The notes under the pieces: generated by a model
Told to the model about the DNA's origin: nothing
Databases searched by the model: none
What the model saw: only the letters and a program-made list of their open reading frames with translations
Shown: one piece after another, positions 27,471-39,280 of the stretch
Layout of the letters: every line of letters starts with the position of its first letter
How positions within the stretch are numbered: the first letter of the stretch is position 1
Translations under genes and position numbers: made by a program
Assembly (NCBI GenBank): GCA_951406725.2
Contig: OX597816.1
Coordinates: 77,066,001 to 77,130,000 of the forward strand
Direction of reading: 5' to 3'
Length of the DNA stretch: 64,000 nt
DNA from: Octopus vulgaris
Lineage: Eukaryota

Positions 27471-28769
27471 GATAAGTCTTTAAACATTTTGCTGGCTGTG
27501 TTCTTTCCTCTTATTTGCTATGTCAGTATTTCCGGGGGCCAAGAAGTTCGATACTCGCATAAAATATGTGACCACGCAACGATTCTTAAAAAAGAACATC
27601 CATCCCAGCACGTCGCAACATGCTAACGTACGTGTATATATGCATGTGTATATATGCATTCGTACAAGTGCGTAAATATAGACATGTGCACAAGGCTGTA
27701 TAGAGAGACACAAACGTGCAGCAATGTTTAGGAATGTGACGCAGGCATGTATCCAAGTGTTGTGCACGTATATGTGAATATACGTTGCAGGGATATATGT
27801 GCATGTATGTACATAAGTTTATATGCACATACGTACATACGTATGTGCATACAAATGAACCAGTCCATGCAAACACATTCTAGTTAGTATTCGAGTGTAT
27901 TCCACACGGTTCTTAGTCCCAATGTGGGTTTGAGTGTGAATATTTTATAAATGTATGTGAGGGTGAAAGCAATCCTGTGGAAACTGATATGCGTGTGTAT
28001 ATAAGGCTGCGTATGTTTGTATATTTAGATAATCAAATGCATAGATGCACATATGTTGTGCGCATATCTATGCTTGTATACATTTTCACCAAGAAGTGTG
28101 AATAGGCGTACGTCTGTTTTCACATATATACGAACATTCATACAAATGTGGGACGAAAATGGCAATTTTTACACGAAAAATTTAACCTCTAGCCGACAGC
28201 TAATATCCTTATGAAAATCAAATCTATTTCTACTATTATTTCCTCTTTATTCTATCACTACCTTCCAAGCATATAATATCGACTGACTTTATCGTAAAAC
28301 CAGTATCATGTGATTTTTTTCCCAGGAATTAACTATTTACTCGATAAATTCCGTGCATGGAAAATTTTCACAATATTTTCCATATTTATGTATTATCGAT
28401 TGTGCTTATCATATCTTCCATATTAATTTAATATTGATTGACTATATCCGATAGCCACTACGTCATAAAACTTCTTCCCGCAAAAAAAAACTATTGCCCG
28501 AAAAAGTCTGCTCATGGAAAATTTTCACGAGATTTTCCATATTTTATGTTTCTAAGTTATTCTCATTAAAAATCAAGCGAAAATTACTCGCCCAAAGGGT
28601 ACCGCCCTGTCTATGTGGTCACGCTAGTATGCAAAACACGGGTTCTAGTATGTTCACCCTAACATGCAAAACTCAAAACCTAGCATCAAATTCAAACATT
28701 CTTCAAAGTTTTCCGTGTATTTTTTCCATAATGGGGAGTATATATATATATATATAAGTATGTATGTAT

Positions 28770-31334
28770 TACAAATGGTGGTACGCCCTCAAAAGAGCCA
28801 TAAAATACGAGTCCGTTAGATACAGCATAGGTCTAGCAACTAGCGGGCGTAAGAAAGAGATGGGGCTAGTTAAGGCCTTAGAGGAAGCCATGAGAGCTGG
28901 CGATGGGGCCCAGGTTAGGCTGAAGAGACTGGAGTTGAACCAGCACCTCGAAGCCCAACATATGGGTTGTATCGTCAGAGCTAGAATTCGCGCAATGGGG
29001 TGCGAGGGTATCAAGGCTGCCGGATGGGCACGAGTTGTGGAGGCTCAACGTGGAAACGATTCCACAATTAAGTCTGTGACGAATGGGCGAGGTGATGTGA
29101 TCACCGAACCAGAGGAGATGTGTCGGACGTTTCAGGAGCACTTCGCTCGGCTCTTTGGGGGCGACGGCGGAACGGAGGAGAGGGTGGACCTAACGGACAT
29201 CCTCGCCGGGCTGCCGCGCCTCTCGGGGCAGGATGCGGAGAGCTGTGAAGCGTCGATCTCGCCTGAGGAGATAGCTGAGGTCCTGGCCGACTGCGGTGAA
29301 GGCAAGGCGCCGGGGATCGATGGTTTACCCTACGAACTATATAAAAGAATGCCAGACTTGTTCGGGAACGTGTTGGCCGGCGTTTTCACGAACTGGCGGC
29401 AGAATGGGTTCATTCCCAGATCTGTACGTCGGGGAGTGGTGACGCTGATCAGAAAGGACCCGAGCAAGGGGGATAACATAGACAATTTTCGGCCCATCAC
29501 ACTGCTAAACACAGAGGTGAAGATTTTGACCAAGGTGTTAGCGAAAAGGTTGACGCGTGTCGCGGGTGGTCTGATCGGGAAGGCACAAACTTGTGCGGTC
29601 CCAGGAAGAACCATCCAGGACAATCTTCACCTAGTACGCTACACAATAGAGAGGTTTGGGAATGACTCTGGCAAGGGTGGGGCATTGGTCCATTTAGACC
29701 AGAGTAAAGCGTTTGATAGGGTGAACCATCGGTACCTGGTGTCCGTGCTGGCGCAGTTCGGTCTGGGCATTGGCTTCCTCAGGTGGATCATACAATTGTA
29801 CGATAACATCGACTCGATCGTTCGGGTGAATGGCTTCCTCTCGAAGCCGTTCCGCATCAAACAGTCTGTTCGTCAAGGGTGTCCGCTCTCCCCGATTTTG
29901 TATGTGATGGCTCTTGAGCCATTGCTGCGAAAGCTGAGCGCCATCCCGATGAATCCAGGAGGTGGAGGATCTGTGACATCGTATGCGGACGACATCACCA
30001 TCATCGTGACCGAGGTGGAACTCCTACGTAATGTGGGAGATGCCATCAAGGCTTACGAGACGGTGACAGGAGCAAAGATTAACCGGGAAAAATCGGTCGG
30101 CTTGCAACTCGGCACCTGGAGGGGCAAGTCGATGCCTTCGAATAGCATCGTGGGATGCTGGACGGAGGGCCCGGTTAAGCTGCTAGGGATCTGGTTTGGT
30201 CCAGATCTCCAGATAGAAAAGAACTGGTCTGAGGTGACGAGCAAGGTGGCTCACGCGGTCGGGACTTGGTCCGGACGGTGGCTATCCTTGAAAGGGAGGG
30301 CGGAGGTGGCCAATGTGTTTTTAGCATCGGTCATCACCTACCGCCTGACCGTCGTCCCTTGTCCGGATTCGTGGTTGAGCAAGTTGGAGAGACAGATCTT
30401 CCACTTTTTGTGGAAGGGAAGTGCTCCTCTTGTAAGACGTTCTATCTGCTGTCAGAAACCGTTAAAGGGTGGCTTGGGGATGCCTTGGCTGATGATGCGC
30501 AGAGATGCGCTGAGGTTAAGGCACCTTTGGCTCTACCTGGATGGTGAACGGGTGTGGTCCCCGCTTGCGAAGCAGATGTTCCCCAGCTTTGTCAGTTTCG
30601 GTGGCAGAGAAACCTGGTTTCGTCGCAGACTTAGATCGAGCATGTGGTATTCGGAGTGCCATAAGGCACTCTGCCACTTCCGCAAGTCGGGCAATGCCGG
30701 CGGCTTTGGTACCACCGCAGCTTTTTATAGCAGGTTGGTAGAGGCCGGAAATGACGATGCCTTAGGAAGGACCTTGGGCCTCGATAGAAATCAGTTGGAC
30801 AGCCTGTTCCGAAGGACGTTCGGGCCGAAGACATTGGATAACTTCCAGAAGTCTTTGACCTGGCAATGTTTCAGAGGAGCTTTACCCGTTCGGGATAAAC
30901 TCACAAGGCATGGTTGGAGTGGACCATCGAACTGCCCAAGATGCGAGCGGGATCTGGAAACAGTCTCTCACGCTATTGTTCAGTGTCCGAAAGTCTCGGA
31001 CGTGTGGGTATATGCCGAACACCTGTTGTCGGACGGAAGAAGAGTACAGCTATCGGCTGAGACAATTATAAAAATTGACTCGCCTAGCTTTTTGACAAGT
31101 GAAGGTAAGCATTGCTTTCTCAGTACAGTAGCAGTAGCGAAAGAGTGTATATGGAAGACCAGAATGAAAGCGGTAACGACAGGCACCGTGATCTCTGGCT
31201 CCGCCTTGGTGACCTATTTCAGGTTCCACCTAAAAAGAAAGGTGGAGTTGGAGAAGAGGTGTCTGTCTGCGTGTGAGTTCGATAAAATATGGAAGCGTGT
31301 GGCACGGTTGCTGCGAGTGAGAGGAGCCACGTAA
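28770..31334 (+). CDS. LINE ORF2: reverse transcriptase plus C-terminal zinc-binding region; N-terminal endonuclease lost by truncation
   Basis: Motifs PGIDGLP, NFRPITLLN, LDQSKAFDRVNH, VRQGCPLSP, YADD, GGLG, CPRC..ETVSHAIVQC. The listed Met at 28764 comes from the flanking TSD, not from the element. Confidence 0.93.
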   Translation, partial: YKWWYALKRAIKYESVRYSIGLATSGRKKEMGLVKALEEAMRAGDGAQVRLKRLELNQHLEAQHMGCIVRARIRAMGCEGIKAAGWARVVEAQRGNDSTIKSVTNGRGDVITEPEEMCRTFQEHFARLFGGDGGTEERVDLTDILAGLPRLSGQDAESCEASISPEEIAEVLADCGEGKAPGIDGLPYELYKRMPDLFGNVLAGVFTNWRQNGFIPRSVRRGVVTLIRKDPSKGDNIDNFRPITLLNTEVKILTKVLAKRLTRVAGGLIGKAQTCAVPGRTIQDNLHLVRYTIERFGNDSGKGGALVHLDQSKAFDRVNHRYLVSVLAQFGLGIGFLRWIIQLYDNIDSIVRVNGFLSKPFRIKQSVRQGCPLSPILYVMALEPLLRKLSAIPMNPGGGGSVTSYADDITIIVTEVELLRNVGDAIKAYETVTGAKINREKSVGLQLGTWRGKSMPSNSIVGCWTEGPVKLLGIWFGPDLQIEKNWSEVTSKVAHAVGTWSGRWLSLKGRAEVANVFLASVITYRLTVVPCPDSWLSKLERQIFHFLWKGSAPLVRRSICCQKPLKGGLGMPWLMMRRDALRLRHLWLYLDGERVWSPLAKQMFPSFVSFGGRETWFRRRLRSSMWYSECHKALCHFRKSGNAGGFGTTAAFYSRLVEAGNDDALGRTLGLDRNQLDSLFRRTFGPKTLDNFQKSLTWQCFRGALPVRDKLTRHGWSGPSNCPRCERDLETVSHAIVQCPKVSDVWVYAEHLLSDGRRVQLSAETIIKIDSPSFLTSEGKHCFLSTVAVAKECIWKTRMKAVTTGTVISGSALVTYFRFHLKRKVELEKRCLSACEFDKIWKRVARLLRVRGAT

Positions 31335-31582
31335 ACATGCTGTAGGTTGGCTGCCGAGTTTCGGTGGGAATAGCAGGGCTCGTGGGGTCGGCAATCCTGG
31401 TGTTCCCGCTTCATGTGTTACCTTTATGTTGTGTTGTTGTTGTATATCATTCGATTTATCCGATTTTTTGTAATTTAAAAAAAAAGTTCATTTTTTCTGT
31501 AAATACCATCTGTGTCTCATGACCCCAAATCATGATGTATTGTCCCATTCTTCGTTGGCCCCTTGTGGGTAATAAAGAAATC
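28770..31582 (+). mobile_element. Young 5'-truncated L1/Tx1-like non-LTR retrotransposon
   Basis: GC-richer than its flanks, with an uninterrupted ORF2 frame. The 3' UTR ends gccccttgtgggtaataaagaaatc. An 18-bp TSD atataagtatgtatgtat is present at 28752-28769 and 31583-31600. Confidence 0.95.
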
Positions 31583-33018
31583 ATATAAGTATGTATGTAT
31601 GTATATACTGGCTATAAGTAAGCATATATATAATTGCTTACATATAATTTCATTGCTTTATTAATGCACACAAAAGAAAGGAACCAATCGGTATCAGGTA
31701 TACTTTTACTTTCTAGAACATTGAGTTAAATCGTATTGTTGTGTAGCAATTTTGTAATTTCTTAATGTATAATTTTAAAGCATTCAATGCTCTTTTTATT
31801 CTGTGGTATGCACAGGGTGTAAAGCAACTCATAAGATACCAAACTAAATGTTATATGTACAGTAGAAGGGGGTGATAAAAATGTGATGCTGCTGAAGCAT
31901 TAGGGCTTGCACAGTCAAAGTTGAAAGCCACAATGAATCAACTTGGCAAAATAAACGTTATCATGTGCAAAATTCCTGTGAGCCTAACTCTTCTAAACTA
32001 AAAGACATACAATTATGATAAATATAGTGAAAACGTTTAGTGCTAAGATGTCGAAGCATCAACCACCAATTTGTCATTATCATGTACAAAGTTTAAATTC
32101 ATTTAGTTGAAACAAATATTTATTTACTGAGTGATTAGGTAAACAAATTCCATATATCTCTGGATTTTCCGTTTAATGTCCATATAATAAAAAACATTTG
32201 AAGATGTCTTTCATCATTCTTAAAGTACCGGAATGGTGGAATTTTGAACAAATAATGGTTTAAAGTTCTGTCACCAAACGCATTTAATCCTAACAACAGT
32301 GTGATACAAATATTTGCTATTTTTTCTTCCTTTGAAAAAATAAAACATTTCCAAAATAGCCCACATTCCCATATATTTAAAGTAAGAGTTGGTGGATGAT
32401 AACGTCTTTCTCATTATTAGTGATGGAAATTCGAGAGCTGTCTGAATGTCAACGCGTGGTGATTCCTCTTTTATGCTATTTCTATTGATTTGAGATGATT
32501 TTCTTCGTCTTTTCAAACCATCATCAAAAAGCAACAAATGTTTGAGCGAAATTGATTAAATAAAAAGTACACACACGCTCATACACCGGCGGTTCTTGTG
32601 TGAGAGAAAATCTCTTCATAGATAGGGTGTATTAAAAACACTATGTATATATATATATGTAAATATAAAGTGACAATTATTCGGTAGCCATGATAATTGT
32701 CACATATATTTACAGATAAATTCTTCTATTTACAAAATATTGAGGTCTTTTGTTGTCTTATCATTTCTATCAATATATATATATGTGTGTGTGTGTGTAT
32801 GCATGTATGTATATCGGAGCAAGCCCATCCCAGAAGCGGTCCATACGAACGCCAGGCCTCTTAAAACGTGTGGCCATGAACTCAAGTTAAAAATTATTAA
32901 TATTTACATTTAAATACCCGATTTATTTTACATTTCCTGTCGTGTGTCTTCCAGTTACTCATTCTTTATTTTGGTTTCTCTATATTCTACAGACGCTGAA
33001 AAATTAAACCTATCAATA

Positions 33019-33489
33019 ATGAATAACACTGCACTTGGGAGTTTAAGTCCCAAAAAGGACGTTGTTCCCTCGAATCCTTTCCAAAAGAAAGAAATAAATA
33101 AAATCTCTCTGTCATCTGACCTTGTGAACAGTAATACAGGAAAGTATGCTACCTTACCGACTCGTTACATTCAGCGACCTCAATCCTGCTTTGTGACATC
33201 TAAAGATACCTCTTTTAAATCTCTGGATGTCATACTGGAATGCAGCCCACAGAAAGTTAAGATGAAGCAGACGATCAATACAGACGACGTGTCATCCGAT
33301 ATGGCGCAGCTAAAGGCAGCGGCTGCCAGACTTAAGCTTTCAACTAAAAGACCGAGTTATGTAGCTTGGCAAGCTAAGGCTCAGGAAAGGTCGACAATTC
33401 TAAAACAGGCGATTAATACTGCTGACTGTCTTACAAAGGAGAGGAAAGCTTGGATTAGCAACACCTTGCGGTGGATCGCACAAGAACTG
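33019..33489 (+). CDS. FAM167A: FAM167-family protein, first coding exon (157 codons)
   Basis: ATG at 33019 lies in ORF 32944-33507. DMAQLKAAAARLKLSTKRPSYVAWQ and LRWIAQEL resemble the FAM167 conserved blocks (human ..LRLETRRPSYLEWQ.. and ..WLRKEL, recalled from memory). The exon ends at CTG|GTAAGT (donor 33490, phase 0). A pyrimidine-rich acceptor ttctctatattctacAG at 32991-32992 suggests the exon starts at 32993. A/B paralog assignment is not resolvable; the symbol means FAM167A-like. Confidence 0.88.
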
Positions 33490-33534
33490 GTAAGTATAAA
33501 ACAATAATTAATCTTATATTTCAAATCCGTATTT

Positions 33535-33932
33535 GTTTCTATTCAAGGCACAAGGCTCGAAATTTTTGTGGGAGGGAGCCAGTCGATTAGATCGACCACT
33601 GTACGCAACTGGTACTTATTTTATAGACCCCGAAAAAATGAAAAGCAAAGTCGACCTCGGCAGTATTTGAACTCAGAACATAAAAACAGACGAAATACCT
33701 ATTTCTTTACTACCCACAAGGGGCTAAACACAGAGAGGACAAACAAGGACAGACAAACGGATTAAGTCGATTATATCGACCTCAGGGCGTAACTGATACT
33801 TAATTTATCGACCCCGAAAGGATGAAAGGCAAAGTCGATCTCGGCGGAATTTGAACTCAGAACGTAACGGCAGACGAACTACCGCTGAGCATTTCATCCG
33901 GCGTGCTAACGTTTCTGCCAGCTCGCTGCCTT
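33535..33932 (-). mobile_element. SINE family 2, dimeric form (body + tail B + body + tail A)
   Basis: Head aaggcagcgagctggcagaaacgttagcac; B-box-like gagttcaaattcc twice; internal 63-bp tail at 33701-33763; TSD caaatcYgtattt at 33522-33534 and 33933-33945. Confidence 0.9.
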
Positions 33933-34364
33933 CAAATCTGTATTTAGTTATGACAATTAATACTTCTTTTGTAAAGTCGTCTTGATATTTGAACAGAAGT
34001 TAAGGCAGTGAGCGGACAGAATTTCAAACTTTGTGTCTATAGTAGAAAGGATATTCGAGCAAAAGTTAATTTTGATGTACCAGACAAAGCCTGGATATAA
34101 TTAAAGAGTTTAGCACTCATTATTGCCAGAAATAAGCTATATGCAACTCCAAAGATTCAGTTCCTAGCAATGCAACAGCGCTAATGTTTTAAAAAAATTT
34201 AATATTACTGTTGTTTTAAGGTGGCGAGCTGGTAGAAACGTTAAGCACGCTAGGCGAAGTGCATACTGAGGTCGATCTTATCGATTGGCACCCTCCCCCA
34301 AAATTACGGGCCTTGTGCCTAGAGCAGTAAAGACTATTTAAGAAACATTTAATATTGTTGTTTT

Positions 34365-34770
34365 AAGGCGGCGAGCTGACAGAAACGTTTGCACGCCGGG
34401 CGAAATGCGTAGCCGTAATTTCGTCTGCCGTTACGTTGTGAGTTCAAATTCCGCCGAGGTCGACTTTGCTTTTCATCCTTTCGAGGTCGATAAATTAAGT
34501 ATCAGTTACGCACTGGGGTCGATATAATCGACTTAATCCGTTTGTCTGTCCTTGTTTGTCTCCTCTGTGTGTAGCCCCTTGTGGGCAGTAAAGAAATAGG
34601 TATTTCGTCTGTCTTTACGTTCTGAGTTCAAATTCCGCTGAGGTCGACTTTGCCTTTCATCCTTTCGGGGCCGATAAATTAAGTACCAGTTGCGTACAGG
34701 GGCCGATCTAATCGATAGCACCCCTCCCCAAAAATTTCAGCCCTTGTGCCTAGAATAGAAAAGAATATTA
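34365..34770 (+). mobile_element. SINE family 2, dimeric form
   Basis: Same structure as 33535-33932 in the opposite orientation; tail B at 34535-34598; an internally deleted copy lies at 34218-34340. Confidence 0.9.
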
Positions 34771-35329
34771 TTGGTGTTTTATCCCAAGTCAACCCTAATT
34801 AAACAGACTTATGATAAAATACATTCCAGCCGTGACCGACATTTTTTTCATCTATGCACAGTAAACGTAGAAGCACATTATCCAACGCGTGCTTCCTTTC
34901 TAAAACAGCTGCGATGGTATGGTTCGAGGAATATTTTGGCTACTATTCTAGCAAAACAAACAGACACCATAGAAGCTTCCTGTGTTGGTTCGTCGATACC
35001 CTTTCTATGGAAAACGATTCATCTCCTATTTACAACTTTATACATTTTGCTTGCTCCAAATTGCTACTATTATTAAATAAAATTATATGGACTTTACAAC
35101 ATCTCATTTAACTCTTCCATAATCACGTCTTTCGAACCTCCTCGTATTCGTTTGACCAGCTAGATTGCTAGAAATAGCAATCATGAAGCATCAAACTACT
35201 TCCTCCACATCGAATAATGCTGTCCGAGTTATGATTTTCCTGAAGATTTTCCAGCCATGACCATGCCTTCGTCTCATACCTATTTTCTATCAGGGTTGAC
35301 CCTTATGAGAAAGCCTCTACTTTGTGACT

Positions 35330-35517
35330 CATTTTAGTCATAAGAACAGCCAAAACCTTCTCATATTATGCCCTATTACTGCTTAGAAAATGTTATCACA
35401 TTGAATAATATAATTGTCTATGAACTGTTCCATGGAAGATGGGATGGTCACAGGTGCAATGCTTTCGTTTATAGGTCGAATCTATCGGGATTGACTTAGG
35501 GTTAAACGTCAGCAACA
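35330..35517 (+). repeat. Old dispersed repeat (..gggatggtca..gaatgcctttgatcataggtc..aaacaacaac)
   Basis: Diverged copies at about 7920, 17600, 26660, 27040, 34770 (-), 36030, 39500, 41300 and 49980. Confidence 0.6.
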
Positions 35518-35599
35518 TGGCAGAGTCTACCAAGCTATCAACATCTGCTGCAAGATAAGGAGCATTTTACTATTATACACAGTAGTGGCACTATAGGGT

Positions 35600-35934
35600 A
35601 AAGACCCCTTTCGGTCATGAATGACCATGGGATTGCACCAAGAAAGTTACCCTCCGAGGCACAAGTCAAAGCAAGGTTGTTTATGGAAGACCAGCAGTCG
35701 CCCATGCATACCAGCCTCTCCTCTTCATGCCACCAGTGTTATCCAAGAGAAAGGCAAAGGCCGATGCAGCTTGGCGCCAATGACGTCGCAACTCATTTCT
35801 ACAGCTGAGTAAACTGGAGCAACGTGAAATAAATTGACTTGTTCAAGAACAAAACACACAGTCCGGTCCAAGAATCGAACTCACTATCTCATGATAGTGA
35901 GCCCGACGCTCTAACCACTGAGCCATGCGCCTTC
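35600..35934 (-). mobile_element. tRNA-derived SINE family 4
   Basis: Head ggcgcatggctcagtggttagagcg, core atttcacgttgctccagtt..ctcagctgtagaaatgagt, tail ..catgaccgaaaggggtc; copies at 25071-25388 (+) and 63363-63689 (-). Confidence 0.87.
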
Positions 35935-36477
35935 AGGCATTATAAAAACTGCTACCTTTCAGTAGTGGGATCAACTCCTGCAAGTACCATTTAAAGAAAG
36001 AAGGGCCCCACTATTGCCTGTTTGTCATTTCTCAACCTGCTAGCAATTCAAATCTCCCTCAAATCATACCGTCTTAAATAAGAAAGGACGTATTGATCAA
36101 AGGAGTCTCAAATATAAAAAGAAATTCTAAAATACTCGACCAAAGCTTTGCTGAGTTATGATGAACTTGTGGACTACTAAAAACTACAATAGCCGTGTGA
36201 CTCCTAGCTATAGGGAGTACTCTTTAACAAATTACATTTTTCCTTAGTTCTGTCAGAAATCCTTACTGAAGCTCAAAAAGCAATGGGTAAGATGGCTAAT
36301 AACTCATTTCTCTCTTACTACACAGACACACACATACGCAAAGAAAGATATAACGACTTTCCCACAATGACATTATCTCATATAACTTTTCGCTCGCAAA
36401 ATTGCTTATAATTAGGAAAATAATAGATAGATAGACAGACATGCATGTATACATACAATTTAATATATATATATATA

Positions 36478-36706
36478 TTTGTTTACTACCCACAAGGGGC
36501 TAAACATAGAGGGGACAAACAAGGACAGACAAAGGAATTAAGTCGATTACATCGACCCCAGTGCGAAACTGGTACTTAATTTATCGACCCCGAAAGGATG
36601 AAAGGCAAAGTCGACCTCGGCGGAATTTGAACTCAGAGCGTAACGGCAGACGAAATACGGCTACGCATTTCTCCCGGTGTGCTAACGTGTCTGCCAGCTC
36701 GCCGCC

Positions 36707-36708
<2 letters not shown>
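36478..36708 (-). mobile_element. SINE family 2, monomer ending in tail B
   Basis: Ends ..gccccttgtgggtagtaaacaaat; inserted in (TA)n with tttaatatatat on both sides. Confidence 0.88.
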
Positions 36709-36746
<38 letters not shown>

Positions 36747-36879
36747 GAGTTTAGACTAGGTGGTTGAAAGAAGCTATGCGAAAAAAATATGCCCGGTTCA
36801 TATGCAACTGACCATATTCTGCCACGTGGAAACACCTGTAAATCGACATAACCATAAAAATATGCTGTATAATATTATA

Positions 36880-37092
36880 CGAGGGATGCTGAAAAGTTCT
36901 TGGCTTTAAGGGTGTCGCGAAAGGCCCGTTTGGAGACCCAACCTTCTGAGGTCTTTTACAGGACTTAGAAAAACTGAAGGGCTGCTGTAATAAGTGCGTT
37001 TATCTTAGAGGGAAATATGTTGAATAAAATCATTAACTGATCCTCCTGTATTTTCTTTTACCCAAACCCAGGAACTTTTCAGCACCCTCTCG
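36880..37092. mobile_element. Mariner-type MITE
   Basis: TA|CGAGGGATGCTGAAAAGTTCTTGG ... CCAGGAACTTTTCAGCACCCTCTCG terminal inverted repeats. Confidence 0.8.
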
Positions 37093-38639
37093 CATATATC
37101 ATTTACTGCTGTGCTGCAAATATTAAGTACCAATCGTTCGTCTTTACGTTCTGAGTTCAAATTCCCCCGAGGTCGACTTTGCATTCATTTTTTTCAGTAT
37201 TGATAAAATAGGTACCTGTTGAGCACTGGGGTCGTTATAATCGACTTACACCCTGTTGGTCTTGTGCCAAAATTTGAAACCAATATTAAGTACCTATTAC
37301 ATTCATTTAAATTTTACACAAATACATTTCTACCATAATCTCACAAGATAGTTCTTTTCTCGCTATAAAAATTGCTGCTAATTTGTTTTTATAATTTAGA
37401 TAATCAGCAATGATAATAATAAAGAATAACTTTTTAAATCAAAATTATATATACCGCCCACCCAACGAGTTATTGTTATATCTTTTTGTTTATTTTCTCA
37501 TTCTTTCGGCAGCAATTAATTCACCATTTCTTTAAAGTAACCTAAATTCAGAGTAATATTTTGATGAGATGCAAATATGCTGGAAGTTAAATTCAAAATG
37601 AAAAGTGTAAGAATCTTTAAATTGGAAAACGATGACAACGCAAAATGGTAATTAGAACTCAAATGATAAAATTTAGAACACTGTATTAATCACGAAAAAT
37701 AACTCTTTCTCTTAATTTTCATATCTCCGGTAAATCTTCATGTATAAGAAACCTAGAATAATTTTGAGATATTTTTAATGTTTTCATTCCATTTTGACAT
37801 ATGTTATTTCCTTGTTCGTTGTTATCACCTTATTATTTCACCAATTTACATTCTTCACCAAATTTCCAAAGCTTTTCTTCAAGCACCAGAGCACATGACT
37901 TGAACTACCGTCTAATTTTATATGCGACCGAGCTGGTTTCAGTTACCAGTTGAATCTGTTTGACTTCAGTTACGCAGCTAATATCTTTACAAAAGGCTTG
38001 AATACGATCGAGATGAGAACCTTTGGGTCTTCGTCTTCTTCCAACCACTTAAGGAGTTCAATTCTCAATGAAACTTTTTTAAATTTTCCACACAAATATA
38101 GTTTTCAAGTTGATGATGAATATTGCGATCATCTTTCCGAAAAATTAATAATGAACCGGATAGAAACGTTTAAAATTATATATTTTTAGCCAATGAAATG
38201 AGTCCAGTGTCCTCACAAGGGAAGTCGAAACTGTTTGCTGCCATACTTGCCACAGCAACAAGCAAAATATCGTTGAAAATGAAGACAAAAAGGGATCCAT
38301 GATAATTGAATAGCATTTTTATAAATAAAGATTTTAATGTAAGAATACAAAATAAACAAAAAGGGAGATTTATTTAAGATTTATATTTATATAATGAACA
38401 AGATAGAAGCGTTTAAAGTTATATACTTTTGTCCAATGAAACAAAACAAACAAAAAGGGAGTCTTTTTAAGATTTATATACAATTAGAATAATAATATTA
38501 TTGCCATAGTCACATGTCCTACTTTCGACCTGACGGTAGAAATAACAGCCGAGGTGAAAGAAAAAAGCATAAACAATTATGAAATTAAACAATGTAGCAG
38601 AATGTTATGAATTTAACACAGTTGAGCTACGCATATTTT

Positions 38640-39280
38640 TCAGACTTGAGTCGCCACATAAACTCACAGAGATACAAGTCCACCGCAGAACGATGAGTGC
38701 CAGATCGCTGTTAATTCCCTCGCTTAAGATAGACCCAAGTGCTTTCAACTCTTTGAGTATGGGTCCATCTTGCGAGGTTACAAACTCAGCGCTGTGGTCC
38801 ACCGTTCTATGGTGAAATTGGTACCTTGGTATCTCAGGTGACAGTAGATAGCTGTTCCCAGCAGAATTGATTGGCGGGTGCAATCTTTGAGTGTGTTACG
38901 ATGGCGAAAAGAAAAACTTCACGAACACACCGCCGAAAACCCACTGTTCGAGTAGCATTATTCGATCCCGATTGTACTTTCTTCGTCTATTCAGCAATTC
39001 TGCCGGGACCACCAATCTTCATTAGATTGCGAAGCAAATCGGCAACTCAGTTCTCCCTTAGATAATTTTTATAATCTGTTACTGCAGTCACACCAACCCC
39101 TAGATCAACCGTACAAAACCTAGTAGTTTTCAAATCTTTGACCTAGCAGTAGATAAATAAAATTAAACTTCTTAGTGGAAGGGTTCTCCCTTCCAGCCAC
39201 GTGCTTCTTCTCACGAACACGGACTCTTCAGAATAAACAGCCGTAAAACGAAAATTCATGAAATAGAGTTACCATCGCAA
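38640..39280 (-). mobile_element. Merlin (IS1595/ISXO2-like) transposase pseudogene
   Basis: Across frames: RSTWLEG, DYKNYLRE, KIGGPGRIAE, RKYNRDR..EQWVFGGV, HRTVDHSAEFV, HTQRVESTW, DLYLCEFMWR. Possible eroded TIRs near 38292 and 39400. Confidence 0.85.

Noticed and set aside
28764-28769. Met start of the 856-aa ORF suggesting a domesticated RT gene
   Set aside because: The ATG lies in the TSD microsatellite; the element is a fresh 5'-truncated insertion.
33568-33765. Recurrent 'RNWYLIYRPRKDERQSRPR' peptides (8861, 33568, 34533, 36561, 48211)
   Set aside because: They are antisense translations of SINE family 2, not a protein family.
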